Counted from the stretch's first letter, positions 38,486-48,672 are shown. The stretch: DNA of 64,000 bases from Patescibacteria group bacterium (GCA_038064695.1 JBBTSO010000005.1:42070-106069), one strand, 5' to 3'. Made by a program: numbers and translations. Notes: generated from the letters alone by a model not told the origin.

Positions 38486-39211
38486 ATCATACCGTGGAGG
38501 GGCAGTATTTCCCGCATAATTAATGGTGATATCGCTATAGTGTTTCTCCTGATCAACTAACAAAAGTCCTCGCTTGACGAGCTCCAGTACCGCTAAAAAC
38601 CCTACGACAATCTCGCGCTTATCTTCAGGGGTTCCCACGAAATCTTTGAAGGTAACTGAAAGAGCGCGTTCAATTCTATGTGAAAGACGATTCATCATAT
38701 CTTCCAGAGAGATTACTGTTTTAACGGAAATTTCTTTTTTCTTTTCGATTTTTGGTGAACGCATCAATACGTCGTTTGCCGCGCGAAAAAGTGATTCTGT
38801 GTTCATATCGCTCCCCGGTGAAAAAACAGGCGTGGTGTCACGCTTCAAACCACCAAAATACATTCGCTCTTTTAGTGTTCCCAACACACGGCTAGCGTCT
38901 CTAAAAATTTTGTAGAGCGCGAGGCGTTTTTCAAGGTCGTGAATGTCCCCCTCTTCTTCATTGGTTAACGACAATACGGGCAACAGTGAGCGCGATTTTA
39001 TTAAAAGAAGTGTAGCCGCAACCAAAATAAAGTGAGCCGCTTCACCTGACGGAAACGTATCACGTGATTTTACAAACTGAATAAAGTCGTCGGCGATTTT
39101 AGAGAGTGATACGTCCGAGACGAGCATTTTTCGCTCTTCTATTAACGTCAAAATAAGGTCCAGCGGACCCACGACTTCTCCTATTGAAACGGTAAATGGT
39201 GCACCCGACAC
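38483..39211 (-). CDS. scpA: Segregation/condensation protein ScpA
   Basis: GPLDLILTLI, ATLLLIKSRSLLP, FLAVLELVK. Confidence 0.93.
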   Translation of the reverse strand: MSGAPFTVSIGEVVGPLDLILTLIEERKMLVSDVSLSKIADDFIQFVKSRDTFPSGEAAHFILVAATLLLIKSRSLLPVLSLTNEEEGDIHDLEKRLALYKIFRDASRVLGTLKERMYFGGLKRDTTPVFSPGSDMNTESLFRAANDVLMRSPKIEKKKEISVKTVISLEDMMNRLSHRIERALSVTFKDFVGTPEDKREIVVGFLAVLELVKRGLLLVDQEKHYSDITINYAGNTAPPRYD

Positions 39212-39236
39212 GCTTTTTAGTGTACCACTGAATGCC

Positions 39237-40625
39237 TTACCGATTTATCAAAAAATGAGCCACCCATTCGGTAATATTTTTTACCGTAGGGATATGGAGA
39301 TTTTCGTTCGGCCCGTGTGCGTTTGAAGATGGGCTGAGAATACCTGTTACCAGCTGGTCAGCGTTTGGGTATGTACGAGCCATCATGCCAATAAAGGGGA
39401 TTCCGGCGCCAACGCCTGTTTTTATTGGAGTGTCTTGGTACACAACCTGAGCGGCTTCGATTACTGCTTTTTCTGTGTTAGGAGATAAAGGTTTTGCAAG
39501 CCATCCATTGTCCATTTCTAACGCTTCATACGTTACGCGCGCCCCGTACGGTGGATTTGTTTCCAATAGTTCTTTTAACGTTTGCGCAACGACCTGGCAA
39601 TCAACGGTTGGTGGAATGCGCAGTGAAAGTTTTAGCTTGAGTGTCGCAGCGGTTACGTTTCCCGCTCTCTCAACTGGTGGAAGTCCATCAAAACCTGTCA
39701 CTTCAAGACCAGCATGAAAAAGGTTTCGTTCAATACTTTGTGTCAGTCCAGGTGCCACTGTTTTTAAATATGAGGGAAGGTTATACATGTCAAGGAACGT
39801 ATCGCCCACCGCATTCGCTATCGCCACAAATCGTTCCCGGACTTCTTTCGGAATAGGTGGGTTTATTTCAGGGTGCGATATGAGTCCGGTTTCTGAGTCT
39901 TCAATGCGGTTAAGAAGTATTCGTGCAATGCGGAATGCTGAAGGAACAATCCCTGTGGCAGCACCTGAGTGCATTGGTGTGTCTAATGTTTTAATAGTGA
40001 GTACTCCATTAACAATTCCTCTGAGTGAGTTGGTAAGCCATAGGTGGTTTACGTCACCTCCCTCTGCATCAAGTGTAATTATGACGTTTGGATTCCCAAT
40101 TTCGTCTTTGAGGAGTTCCAAATATACAGGAAGATCACCACTAGCACTTTCCTCACTCCCTTCAATCAAAAGCACAATGCGCGGGAGCTCGGCTCCGGAT
40201 TTTTTTGCTATTTCTATAGCTCCAATTGCGGCAAAGACTGCGTAACCGTCGTCGGCAAGCCCGCGTCCGTAAAGGTAGTCCCCTTCTCTGACAGGGTTCC
40301 ATGGCCCTAAACCCTCTCGCCAACCCGAGAGTTCCGGCTGTTTGTCAAAGTGACCGTAAATTAGAATCGTTTCGTCTCGCGTGCCTTTAATTTCAATGTA
40401 TAAAAGCGGAGTTCGGTCGTGTGCTTGTTGAATAATAACGGTATCGGCGATATTTTTTCTTTTGACCCAGTCAGCGAGGAACTCTACTGCGCGGTCCATA
40501 TGCCCGTTTTTCTTCCACTCTTTATCAAACGCGGGAGATACGTTCGGAATTTTTCCAAATTCAATAAGTGTGGGAAGTCCTTCCCGTTCCCAATATTCAC
40601 TAACAGTATCTTTAAGCGGTTTCAT
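39237..40625 (-). CDS. M20 family metallopeptidase / dipeptidase
   Basis: YGHFDKQP, GRGLADDG, EGSEES, HSG, NAHGPNE. Confidence 0.92.
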   Translation of the reverse strand: MKPLKDTVSEYWEREGLPTLIEFGKIPNVSPAFDKEWKKNGHMDRAVEFLADWVKRKNIADTVIIQQAHDRTPLLYIEIKGTRDETILIYGHFDKQPELSGWREGLGPWNPVREGDYLYGRGLADDGYAVFAAIGAIEIAKKSGAELPRIVLLIEGSEESASGDLPVYLELLKDEIGNPNVIITLDAEGGDVNHLWLTNSLRGIVNGVLTIKTLDTPMHSGAATGIVPSAFRIARILLNRIEDSETGLISHPEINPPIPKEVRERFVAIANAVGDTFLDMYNLPSYLKTVAPGLTQSIERNLFHAGLEVTGFDGLPPVERAGNVTAATLKLKLSLRIPPTVDCQVVAQTLKELLETNPPYGARVTYEALEMDNGWLAKPLSPNTEKAVIEAAQVVYQDTPIKTGVGAGIPFIGMMARTYPNADQLVTGILSPSSNAHGPNENLHIPTVKNITEWVAHFLINR

Positions 40626-41934
40626 CGGATCGCAATAAAAGGTCAATGCGGTTCATGTCGCGCGGGAATGCGCTTGCTTCTTTGACGTTTCCAAGTTCGA
40701 GCATTCGTGCGGTGAGGCGCTCCAACCCCGTTGAACATCCTCCGTGGGGTGGAATACCGTACTTAAACGCTTCAAGGTAGAACGTAAACTTCTCTGGGTC
40801 GAGTCCGCGCTCTTTGATGCGGGCAACCAACTCATCATATTGATGAATGCGTTGAGCACCACTGTTTATTTCAAGTCCGCGGAAAAGAAGATCGAACCCG
40901 CGGCTTAGTCCGTCGGTTTCGGTATCGCTCATGGTGTAAAAGGCACGTACACGGGTGGGGAATTTTGTAATAAAGACAAAATCACTTCCCTTCTCTTTTT
41001 TCGACCACTCGCAAATTGCGCGTTCGTGCTCAGGATCCATATCGTCACCCGATCCACCAACAATGTCGAGTGCCTCTTTCAGGGTAAGGCGTGGAAATGT
41101 TTCACTCATACGTGGCACTTCGGTATTAAAACGTTGAAAAACGTCGTGGTGCGCAGTAACAGTTGCATTCACCGTATCGCGTATTGTAGTTTCAAGCGCA
41201 TCCATTACATCATGTTCGTCATCAATAAATCCCATTTCAAAATCCATTTGCGTAAGCTCTGCAAGGTGTCTCGTGGTTGCACTTTTTTCTGCACGGAAAA
41301 TTTTTGCAATCGTGAACGCGCGCTCAAACGCCCCCACCATAATTTGTTTATATAACTGTGGTGAGGTTGCAAGGTACGCGGTCTGGTCGTAGTAGTAGTT
41401 AACTTTAAAGACCGCAGCACCTCCCTCAGCGTCACCCCCTACGAGCGCGGGCGCTTGGAAGTCTAAGAAACCCTGTCGCGTAAGAGAGTCTCGGTACGCT
41501 TTTACAATAGTTGCCTGTACTTTAAAAATATCTTGATCACGTTCACTTCGAAGCGTAAACGGTCTATGATCAAAACGTGTGTCAATGTTTATGTCAGCAT
41601 TTTTTTCAAAAGGAATTTCGTGCGCTTCGTTTAAAACTTTGATATTTAAAATTTCAAGCTCGATATCTCCATTAGGAACCCCTACGTTAATGTTTTTTTC
41701 TGGACGTTTATTTACCTTACCCGTCACTGATACCACATATTCAGAACGCAGTGTTTTCGCAACTTCAAGTGCTGGACTTGTTGCGAGCGTAACACCTTGA
41801 ACACTCCCCGAGCGATCGCGAAAATTAAAAAAGACCATTTTTCCCTGATCACGCCTCACATCAACCCATCCGGCAATGGACACCTCTTTTCCAACATGGC
41901 TCGACAACTCGTTTATCAAAATTCTGTCTTTCAT
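40612..41934 (-). CDS. aspS: Aspartate--tRNA ligase, short archaeal-type (probably non-discriminating)
   Basis: OB fold, SPQLYKQ, FRAEKS.T.RHL, SGAQRIH, PPHGG; no GAD insertion. Confidence 0.88.
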   Translation of the reverse strand: MKDRILINELSSHVGKEVSIAGWVDVRRDQGKMVFFNFRDRSGSVQGVTLATSPALEVAKTLRSEYVVSVTGKVNKRPEKNINVGVPNGDIELEILNIKVLNEAHEIPFEKNADINIDTRFDHRPFTLRSERDQDIFKVQATIVKAYRDSLTRQGFLDFQAPALVGGDAEGGAAVFKVNYYYDQTAYLATSPQLYKQIMVGAFERAFTIAKIFRAEKSATTRHLAELTQMDFEMGFIDDEHDVMDALETTIRDTVNATVTAHHDVFQRFNTEVPRMSETFPRLTLKEALDIVGGSGDDMDPEHERAICEWSKKEKGSDFVFITKFPTRVRAFYTMSDTETDGLSRGFDLLFRGLEINSGAQRIHQYDELVARIKERGLDPEKFTFYLEAFKYGIPPHGGCSTGLERLTARMLELGNVKEASAFPRDMNRIDLLLRSDETA

Positions 41935-41944
41935 AGCTTTTACA

Positions 41945-42886
41945 CTATAACGCAACACCTACTTTCTGGCGAACCTCTTTCATCTTTGCGCTCGCTAATT
42001 TTTGAGCCCGCTTTGCTCCCTCCTTCAATACTTTTTTCACCTCAGACTCAGTAATTTTTTCGTATCGTTTACGCATTGGAGCAACGTATTTCTCAACGTC
42101 CTCAATGAGTTCTTCTTTCAAATCCTTATACTTTCCCTTCTTCTCTTCATAGAGCATTGCCAACTCGGCTTCAGGACGGAAGAGTTTATGAATTGCGTAG
42201 ACATTTTCTGGTCGCTCATTTGATGAATCAGTAACCACACTCATCACCGTTTTTGCTATTTCATCTTTTGTTCCAAAAAGTGGAATCGTGTTTCCATAAC
42301 TTTTACTCATCTTTTGTCCATCAGTACCCGGCACCACTCCCACCCCTTTCAAAATAAGTTCTTTTGGCTCTTTGAAGGATTCACCGAATGCATGATTAAA
42401 TTTTGCTGCTGCTTCACGTGTATACTCAATGTGTTGGCGCTGGTCTTCGCCTACGGGCACCACATCGGTGTCATAAAGCAAAATATCTGCCGCCATAAGC
42501 ATCGGATAGGTGAAAAGTCCGGCGTTCGCTTCTAACCCCTTCGCCACCTTGTCTTTGTAGGAGTGTGCCTGCATTAAAAATGGAACAGACACCAGACAAT
42601 TAAAAATCCATGCCAGTTCCGTGTGTTCGGGTACGTCAGATTGTTTAAAAATGACGGCTTTTTTTGGGTCTACGCCAACTGCAATGTAACTTCGAACAAT
42701 GTTAAAAATATTTTGCCTCAGGTTTTCAGAATCTTTTTTTGAAGTAAGGGCGTGGTAGTCGGCAACCATTAAAAAACTCTCATACTGTTCGTACTGATCA
42801 ACGAACGGTTTCAACACACCGAAGTAGTTTCCAATGTGAAGATCGCCAGAGGGCTGGAGTCCTGTAAGGAGGCGCTTTTTACTCAT
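41945..42886 (-). CDS. trpS: Tryptophan--tRNA ligase
   Basis: HIGN, YPMLMAADIL, VPVGEDQ, KMSKS. Confidence 0.97.
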   Translation of the reverse strand: MSKKRLLTGLQPSGDLHIGNYFGVLKPFVDQYEQYESFLMVADYHALTSKKDSENLRQNIFNIVRSYIAVGVDPKKAVIFKQSDVPEHTELAWIFNCLVSVPFLMQAHSYKDKVAKGLEANAGLFTYPMLMAADILLYDTDVVPVGEDQRQHIEYTREAAAKFNHAFGESFKEPKELILKGVGVVPGTDGQKMSKSYGNTIPLFGTKDEIAKTVMSVVTDSSNERPENVYAIHKLFRPEAELAMLYEEKKGKYKDLKEELIEDVEKYVAPMRKRYEKITESEVKKVLKEGAKRAQKLASAKMKEVRQKVGVAL

Positions 42887-42904
42887 TTGTAAATAATAAC
42901 AGAC

Positions 42905-44500
42905 CTAATTCGTGAGAGGTAGTTCAACAATGAACCTACTTCCCTTGCCAGAACCATCGCTCTCAGCCCAAATTTTGCCCTTGTGGGCCTCTACGTGGGC
43001 CTTAGAGATATAAAGCCCTACTCCGGTGGACTTTGGGTTATAGGTGCGCGAATCGTCGCCTGGGCTAAATAACTTAAAGAGTTTTGAAATGGTTTCTTTG
43101 GTCATTCCAACCCCCGTGTCTTTAATGGTAAGACGAGCAGTTAAAACATTTTGTTCAAGAGAAACCGTGACATTTCCTTTTTGGGTGTACAAAATACTGT
43201 TATTCACCAGATTTTCAAATACTTCGCGTATTTTTGAAGCGTCTACTTTTGCTGTAAAATTTCCTGCGGGTTTTGTGTATAAAAGAGTAAGTCCTTTTTC
43301 TTTGGCAACCGCAGTAAATGAACTGATAGTTTCAGAAAGTATTTTTTCAAGATCGGTGGAGGCGAAATCATATTTCATTCTTCCCTGTTCAATACGCGAC
43401 ACGTTGAGGTAGTTGTCTACCATCGCCGCCATATCAGTGGCGCGGGTAAAGACTTGTCTCATTCCTTCTTCCGCGCCAGCGGGTATTTTTCCGAACGTTC
43501 CCTCTAACATCAGCGAGAGGAAGTTGCGAATGGCAGTGAGCGGCGCGCGCAAGTCGTGAGACGCGATAGAAAGGAACTGGCTCTTGAGTGTGTCCAACTC
43601 TTTGAGACGTTCATTCGCTTTCTGTAAATCTTTCGCCAAGCGTTCAATTTCTTCACGTTGTTCAACTTCTCTGTAGACGCTTTTTACCAGTATGTATCCC
43701 ATAACAACCGACATCCCAAAGAAAATAGATCGGAGGATATATTCAGTCGTTGATTCTGAAAGAATAAGTTGAATTAAAAGAACACCTGAAATAAAGATGA
43801 TCATCAACTCACTCGCAATAGCTTTCAAATTAAACAACCGGTGTTTAATTACGGCATATGCCAAAAAAAATGGAAAGAAGCCTGTGAGAACCGTACCGTA
43901 TGGTGGAATGAGAATATCAAACCACAAAAAGACATTGGTGTACCCTCCCCCAAAACCTAAAAGTGCGCCAAGCATTATATACAGTGCTTGCCCCCGCTGA
44001 GTAGGTGTGGCGGGTCGAGCAATATTTTTGAGTAGAATGTAGAAAGCTGGTAAAAGAGCCCCGATATAAATAATTGCAACGCTATAAAAATAGAGAACTC
44101 CCGCATCTGGCCAAAATGGAAAGAAAAGTTTCTGACTGACCCCCTCAACTATCAGTTGGGTCGGGGTTAATGCAACCGCAGTTAGGGTAACTACATAAAC
44201 AATGCGTATAAACCACCGGTATCGATGTTGTTCATTGAAAAGAACAATAATCCAATGTGAAAATAATGCCGCTGTCAGAAATGTCCCTATGGTGAGAATT
44301 TTTACCCAAAAAAGCGCTCCTGCTTCGTCATCAATTACGAGCCATCTCCAATAGGAAAAAGCCCACCCTAGATACGCAAGGATCATTAAAGAAAAAATTT
44401 GCCCCGCTAAACTTCCTGGGTCTTTTAATAGGACCACTAAGCCGAAAAGAAGAGCTACAATTGCGCCCAAAAGACCCGATATTGCAAATATTTCAAGCAT
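42905..44500 (-). CDS. Sensor histidine kinase with N-terminal multi-TM (HisKA_7TM-like) domain
   Basis: About 8-9 TM helices, coiled coil, SHDLRAPL (H box), NLVNNS, DTGVGM, STGVGL; ATG 44500 overlaps the upstream stop by 8 nt. Confidence 0.92.
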   Translation of the reverse strand: MLEIFAISGLLGAIVALLFGLVVLLKDPGSLAGQIFSLMILAYLGWAFSYWRWLVIDDEAGALFWVKILTIGTFLTAALFSHWIIVLFNEQHRYRWFIRIVYVVTLTAVALTPTQLIVEGVSQKLFFPFWPDAGVLYFYSVAIIYIGALLPAFYILLKNIARPATPTQRGQALYIMLGALLGFGGGYTNVFLWFDILIPPYGTVLTGFFPFFLAYAVIKHRLFNLKAIASELMIIFISGVLLIQLILSESTTEYILRSIFFGMSVVMGYILVKSVYREVEQREEIERLAKDLQKANERLKELDTLKSQFLSIASHDLRAPLTAIRNFLSLMLEGTFGKIPAGAEEGMRQVFTRATDMAAMVDNYLNVSRIEQGRMKYDFASTDLEKILSETISSFTAVAKEKGLTLLYTKPAGNFTAKVDASKIREVFENLVNNSILYTQKGNVTVSLEQNVLTARLTIKDTGVGMTKETISKLFKLFSPGDDSRTYNPKSTGVGLYISKAHVEAHKGKIWAESDGSGKGSRFIVELPLTN

Positions 44501-45386
44501 TGCCGCGTTCGGCCACACCTATTGCATGAATACGATGCGGCTCGACATATACTAGTATAGTATGTTTTCCGAAGTTTGATTTTGTGAGAAGTGACAAAAA
44601 AGTTTCTGGTTCTCTGTAAATTACTTTCCATCCAGCAAATCGTGACAGAAGTGGCTTCTCAGCATGTGCAATTATATTTCCAGTTATATAGACTCCTCCG
44701 GCATTTAATACATCGTAAATTTTGTTAAAAATTTCTACCGCTCGATCATCGTTGAAATAGTCCAATAATCCAACCATCTCAACAATATCAAACATATTGG
44801 TCCCTTTAGAGTTTGTTAAATACGTCCCGAGTGTTGCGTCGGTCCATTCAACTGGACATTCAATTTCAAATTCTTTGACCAAGATTTTACTATATTCGAG
44901 CGCAGTGCGATCCTTATCAAGAAAAACAAGTGAAAGATTTTTATTCTTCGCGTTGCCCGTTTCAACTACAGCTTCAATGACTGCCCGCGAAGAACCAGCC
45001 GCGATACTTAAAAGTCGTGCATTTTTGTTACGTTTCAAAGCGTCAGTAAGTGATTTTCTTAATTCACGCTTAACTAAACGAAGTCTGTTGCGGACTGCAA
45101 GTACATTAGCAGTTTCAAACCAGATAGAATAAAAAAATCTCTCAAAGGCATTACGTGAAGGATATTTCTCTCCGTGAGTGTATGCGACCTCAAGGGCTCG
45201 ATACGTCATTGCGTCTTTAATAAAAATATGAGCTGCACGGTGTGTTTTTTGAATTGGCCACCGCAACCACGCGGGAATACTATTTAAAAATGGTACAAGA
45301 ATCACATTTGCCGCTTTCCGTTTTTCTGAATGGTATTCATGCCCCACTGCAGGATCAGTGTCAGAAATTACTGTATGTTCTATCAT
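44493..45386 (-). CDS. SAM-dependent methyltransferase, PhcB-like family
   Basis: ALEVAY, AVRNR, LLSIAAGSSR, FLDKD, GLLDYF, GGVYITGN, WKVIYR. Confidence 0.75.
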   Translation of the reverse strand: MIEHTVISDTDPAVGHEYHSEKRKAANVILVPFLNSIPAWLRWPIQKTHRAAHIFIKDAMTYRALEVAYTHGEKYPSRNAFERFFYSIWFETANVLAVRNRLRLVKRELRKSLTDALKRNKNARLLSIAAGSSRAVIEAVVETGNAKNKNLSLVFLDKDRTALEYSKILVKEFEIECPVEWTDATLGTYLTNSKGTNMFDIVEMVGLLDYFNDDRAVEIFNKIYDVLNAGGVYITGNIIAHAEKPLLSRFAGWKVIYREPETFLSLLTKSNFGKHTILVYVEPHRIHAIGVAERGNA

Positions 45387-47425
45387 AAGGATTCAAACAG
45401 CGTAGCATCAAAATCGTCAACATCAAGGATTTTTCTTAAGTGTTTTAATTCTATTTGTTCCCCTCTCGTAACAATTTCCAATCCAGATTCTAGACAGCCG
45501 GTTTTGTCGTTTGAATCTCTATTGATATAAATTCCATTGGTTAACATATCACGAGTTATGTTTGTACTCATTAGCAATTTTGAAACTCTTTTATCATCAT
45601 CGATAGAAGGGAGTTTATAACGTTTGCCTCGTGGAAATACAACAGCGCGTGATATCCACTTCAAAAACGGGTTACCAAGATGGTGAATAATATCATCCAT
45701 ATATTGTTCAATGCGGTATGTGCTACGCTTAAAAATCCATTGGGTAAGAATGACATTATCTTCTTTAGTGTCATCATAAAAACGAAGCACTACACTCATA
45801 AAAAACATTTCACTAAGTACGTCAGCAAAATTGCCGGAAAGGCGTTCACGTTTTTTTAATGTTCCACCATACGAAATTAATGCCATCTCCACAAGCCAAG
45901 CGTAACGCGCGCTCATCAACGCAATAATTTTTTTATAAGCTGGTGATTTTATCTTTTGGGGAAAAAACGATTGCGCGCATGATCTGAAACCACTGACTAA
46001 CACATGAATAATATGGAGTAACACAACGCGGTCAAATTTTTTGAATTCACCAGTTCTGATTGATTCATATTCTGAAAGTAAAAATTTGTGACATCGCATC
46101 AGCCCGTGTCCAAAGGTAATGAAACATCGCGTGAGAATGTTAGCACCTTCAACGGTAATGATAATAGGTATCATCTGATAAATGGGAAATAAAATGTTGC
46201 GCGGACCTTCAAAGACGCCTCTTCCACCCAAAATATCCATACCATCGTTCACTACTTGTCGTGCCCGTTCTGTTGTTTGATATTTCATGAGGGCAGAAAT
46301 AACAGCTGGTACGGGTCCTGCATCCATCACTGCCATCGTTGTGCGACGTGCACACTCTAATATATGGGCTTCCGCCGCAATTGATGCTAATTTCATTTGT
46401 ACCCCTTCAAAATTGCCAATAGGATGTTTGAATTGTTCTCGAAGTTTTGCGTACGCACCAACATTGCGGGCAACGTATTGGACAGCACCAGTAGCAAGTG
46501 AGGGAATTGAAAGTGCGCGTCCTGTGTATAGCTGTTGTACAAACATTTTCCAACCTTTCCCCACCATTTCTTCACCGCCAATAACCATGCTCATTGGAAT
46601 GAATATGTCAGTACCAGACGTAGGTCCATTCATAAAATTTTGACGGGCAGGCCAGTGTCGTCTCCCAATTACTACCCCAGGGTGGTTTGTTGGAATTAAC
46701 GCGCAGGTCATTCCGATCTCCTCCCCGTCCTTAAAAGTTCTGAAGGCAAGCCCAAGCACAGTGGCAACCGGTGCAAGAGTGATATAACGTTTTTCCCATG
46801 TGACTCGGATGCCTAAGATTTTTTTACCTTTAAATTCTCCATACTCAACATGTCCGATGTCCGGTATATTCGCTAAGTCGCATCCCGCAAAAGGGCTAGT
46901 CATAGCGAAACACGGTATCTCATCACCTGTAGCAAGTCGTGGAAGATAATAGTCGCGTTGTTCTGACGTTCCGTAACTGGTAAGCAATCCCGCAGGTCCT
47001 AGTGAGTTTGGTATGAGAACCGTTGATGCAACTGTAGGTACGCGAGAAATAAGTTTTTTAATAATTGAAGAAAAAGCATTGTGTGAAAATCCTAAACCTC
47101 CGTGTTCTTTTGCAATCAAAATTCCAAAAAATTTGTTTTCTTTTAAAAAGTTCCACACTGATTGTGGCATGTCCTTTGTTCCCACTGTTATTTCCCACTC
47201 ATCGACCGTATTGCAAAGCTCTTCAACAGGCCCGTTAAGGAAATCTTGTTCCGCGTCCGTTAAAGGATTAATAGGTAATGACTCAAGAATTGAAAAATTT
47301 GGATTACCTGAAAAAAGTTCCTTGTCAAACCACACCTCACCTGTTTGAATAACGTCTTGTTCAGTGTCAGACATCGAAGGGATGGTTTTTTTTGCAAAAT
47401 GATGCAACGGTGAGAAGAGACTCAT
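45383..47425 (-). CDS. fadE: FadE-type acyl-CoA dehydrogenase lacking the N-terminal membrane anchor
   Basis: PCFAMTSPFAG, KRYITLAPVATVLGLAF, GRALSIP, ITVEGANILTR (catalytic Glu), C-terminal DUF1974-like region. Confidence 0.9.
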   Translation of the reverse strand: MSLFSPLHHFAKKTIPSMSDTEQDVIQTGEVWFDKELFSGNPNFSILESLPINPLTDAEQDFLNGPVEELCNTVDEWEITVGTKDMPQSVWNFLKENKFFGILIAKEHGGLGFSHNAFSSIIKKLISRVPTVASTVLIPNSLGPAGLLTSYGTSEQRDYYLPRLATGDEIPCFAMTSPFAGCDLANIPDIGHVEYGEFKGKKILGIRVTWEKRYITLAPVATVLGLAFRTFKDGEEIGMTCALIPTNHPGVVIGRRHWPARQNFMNGPTSGTDIFIPMSMVIGGEEMVGKGWKMFVQQLYTGRALSIPSLATGAVQYVARNVGAYAKLREQFKHPIGNFEGVQMKLASIAAEAHILECARRTTMAVMDAGPVPAVISALMKYQTTERARQVVNDGMDILGGRGVFEGPRNILFPIYQMIPIIITVEGANILTRCFITFGHGLMRCHKFLLSEYESIRTGEFKKFDRVVLLHIIHVLVSGFRSCAQSFFPQKIKSPAYKKIIALMSARYAWLVEMALISYGGTLKKRERLSGNFADVLSEMFFMSVVLRFYDDTKEDNVILTQWIFKRSTYRIEQYMDDIIHHLGNPFLKWISRAVVFPRGKRYKLPSIDDDKRVSKLLMSTNITRDMLTNGIYINRDSNDKTGCLESGLEIVTRGEQIELKHLRKILDVDDFDATLFESL

Positions 47426-47434
47426 AGATACATA

Positions 47435-48130
47435 CTACGCTAAAGGCGAAGTTGAGCTCTGTTGATAAACAGCTTCCCAGACTGTGCGCATCACTTCTTG
47501 GGCGACCTGTTTATACTCAGTAACCTCGGGGCCAACGATAAGCGGGGGTAAAATAAAAACCTCAAAATCGGTATGTTCTAAAAATAACTTTTTGGGCCCA
47601 ACACGATGAGTCCCTTTAATGGCGATGGGAATAAGCGGGACTTTCATGTACTGTGCTAAAAACACCGCTCCCCCGTGAGCAGGAGCTCCTTCGCCTAAAA
47701 ATTTTGCCTTCCCTCCTTGTGGAAAAATACCCACGCGAAAACCGTCTTTTAAAAGATTTATATGGTGTCGCAGGGCTTGTTGATAGTTTCCTGTACCTTT
47801 GTACGCTGGATACGCTCCCCATGATCGAAAAAACCAGTCGTTATAAAGTAATCCTCTCCACCCAGTAAACTGCTCCATACCATGCTCGTCGTATACTTTG
47901 CGATGTCGCGCGACCCAGAATAGTGGTTTTGATAGAAATGGTTGTACGGCACGTTGAAAAACTGGATCCAAATCATTGACGTGGTTTGAAACAATGACTG
48001 CTGATCCTTTAATATTTTTTAAATGCTCACCCCCGTGAACCGTAAATGTACCGTTGAATCGAAGTATCGCGTGCGTAAAAGGCCACGCAAGTATTTGCAA
48101 CAAGCCCGGAACAATCGCGTAGAGTTTCAT
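47435..48130 (-). CDS. PlsC-like lysophospholipid acyltransferase
   Basis: NHVNDLD (NHx4D), GIFPQG, VPLIPIAI. Confidence 0.88.
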   Translation of the reverse strand: MKLYAIVPGLLQILAWPFTHAILRFNGTFTVHGGEHLKNIKGSAVIVSNHVNDLDPVFQRAVQPFLSKPLFWVARHRKVYDEHGMEQFTGWRGLLYNDWFFRSWGAYPAYKGTGNYQQALRHHINLLKDGFRVGIFPQGGKAKFLGEGAPAHGGAVFLAQYMKVPLIPIAIKGTHRVGPKKLFLEHTDFEVFILPPLIVGPEVTEYKQVAQEVMRTVWEAVYQQSSTSPLA

Positions 48131-48142
48131 TGGCAGTGTTTC

Positions 48143-48652
48143 CTATCCCCTCCCAAATAAGAAAATACCGGCTAGTGGTGCTACAAGCCAGAAAAAGAAC
48201 GTTTCAGCAGAGTTAAAGAGGGCTAAAGTCGGCGCACTGAACGTATATACGTCTTGTACGGGCAAAATATGAATACTAATGGCTATAATTAATCCAGCCG
48301 TTACCGCGGAAAGAGCAATCATTTTTATCAAACCTACCGAACCGGAAGCAATAAATGCCCCGAGCCCCGAAAATGCAACGAGCCCTAAGAGGACAAATAT
48401 GACCCAAAGAGCGAGGGTAACAATTACCCCACCAAATGCTGAGGTGTCGTACGGAAAGAACACAAAGAGTGGAATTGAAGCGTAGAGCGAGGCAATTAAG
48501 GGCACGATACGGTCTCTTCCCACATAAAAAGCAAAAGCGGCAACGACCGCGGCAACCACGAGAAACGCAAAAAAGTCGGTAGCAAAGTGAACCAACAGAG
48601 TAGTTAGAGTTTCAAGCGTGGTACCCACGTCTCCCGGTTGAAAGTCATTCAC
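48143..48652 (-). CDS. Polytopic membrane hypothetical protein
   Basis: 169 aa, about 5 TMs. Confidence 0.7.
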   Translation of the reverse strand: MNDFQPGDVGTTLETLTTLLVHFATDFFAFLVVAAVVAAFAFYVGRDRIVPLIASLYASIPLFVFFPYDTSAFGGVIVTLALWVIFVLLGLVAFSGLGAFIASGSVGLIKMIALSAVTAGLIIAISIHILPVQDVYTFSAPTLALFNSAETFFFWLVAPLAGIFLFGRG

Positions 48653-48672
48653 TCTATTAGGGTATCACGCCT

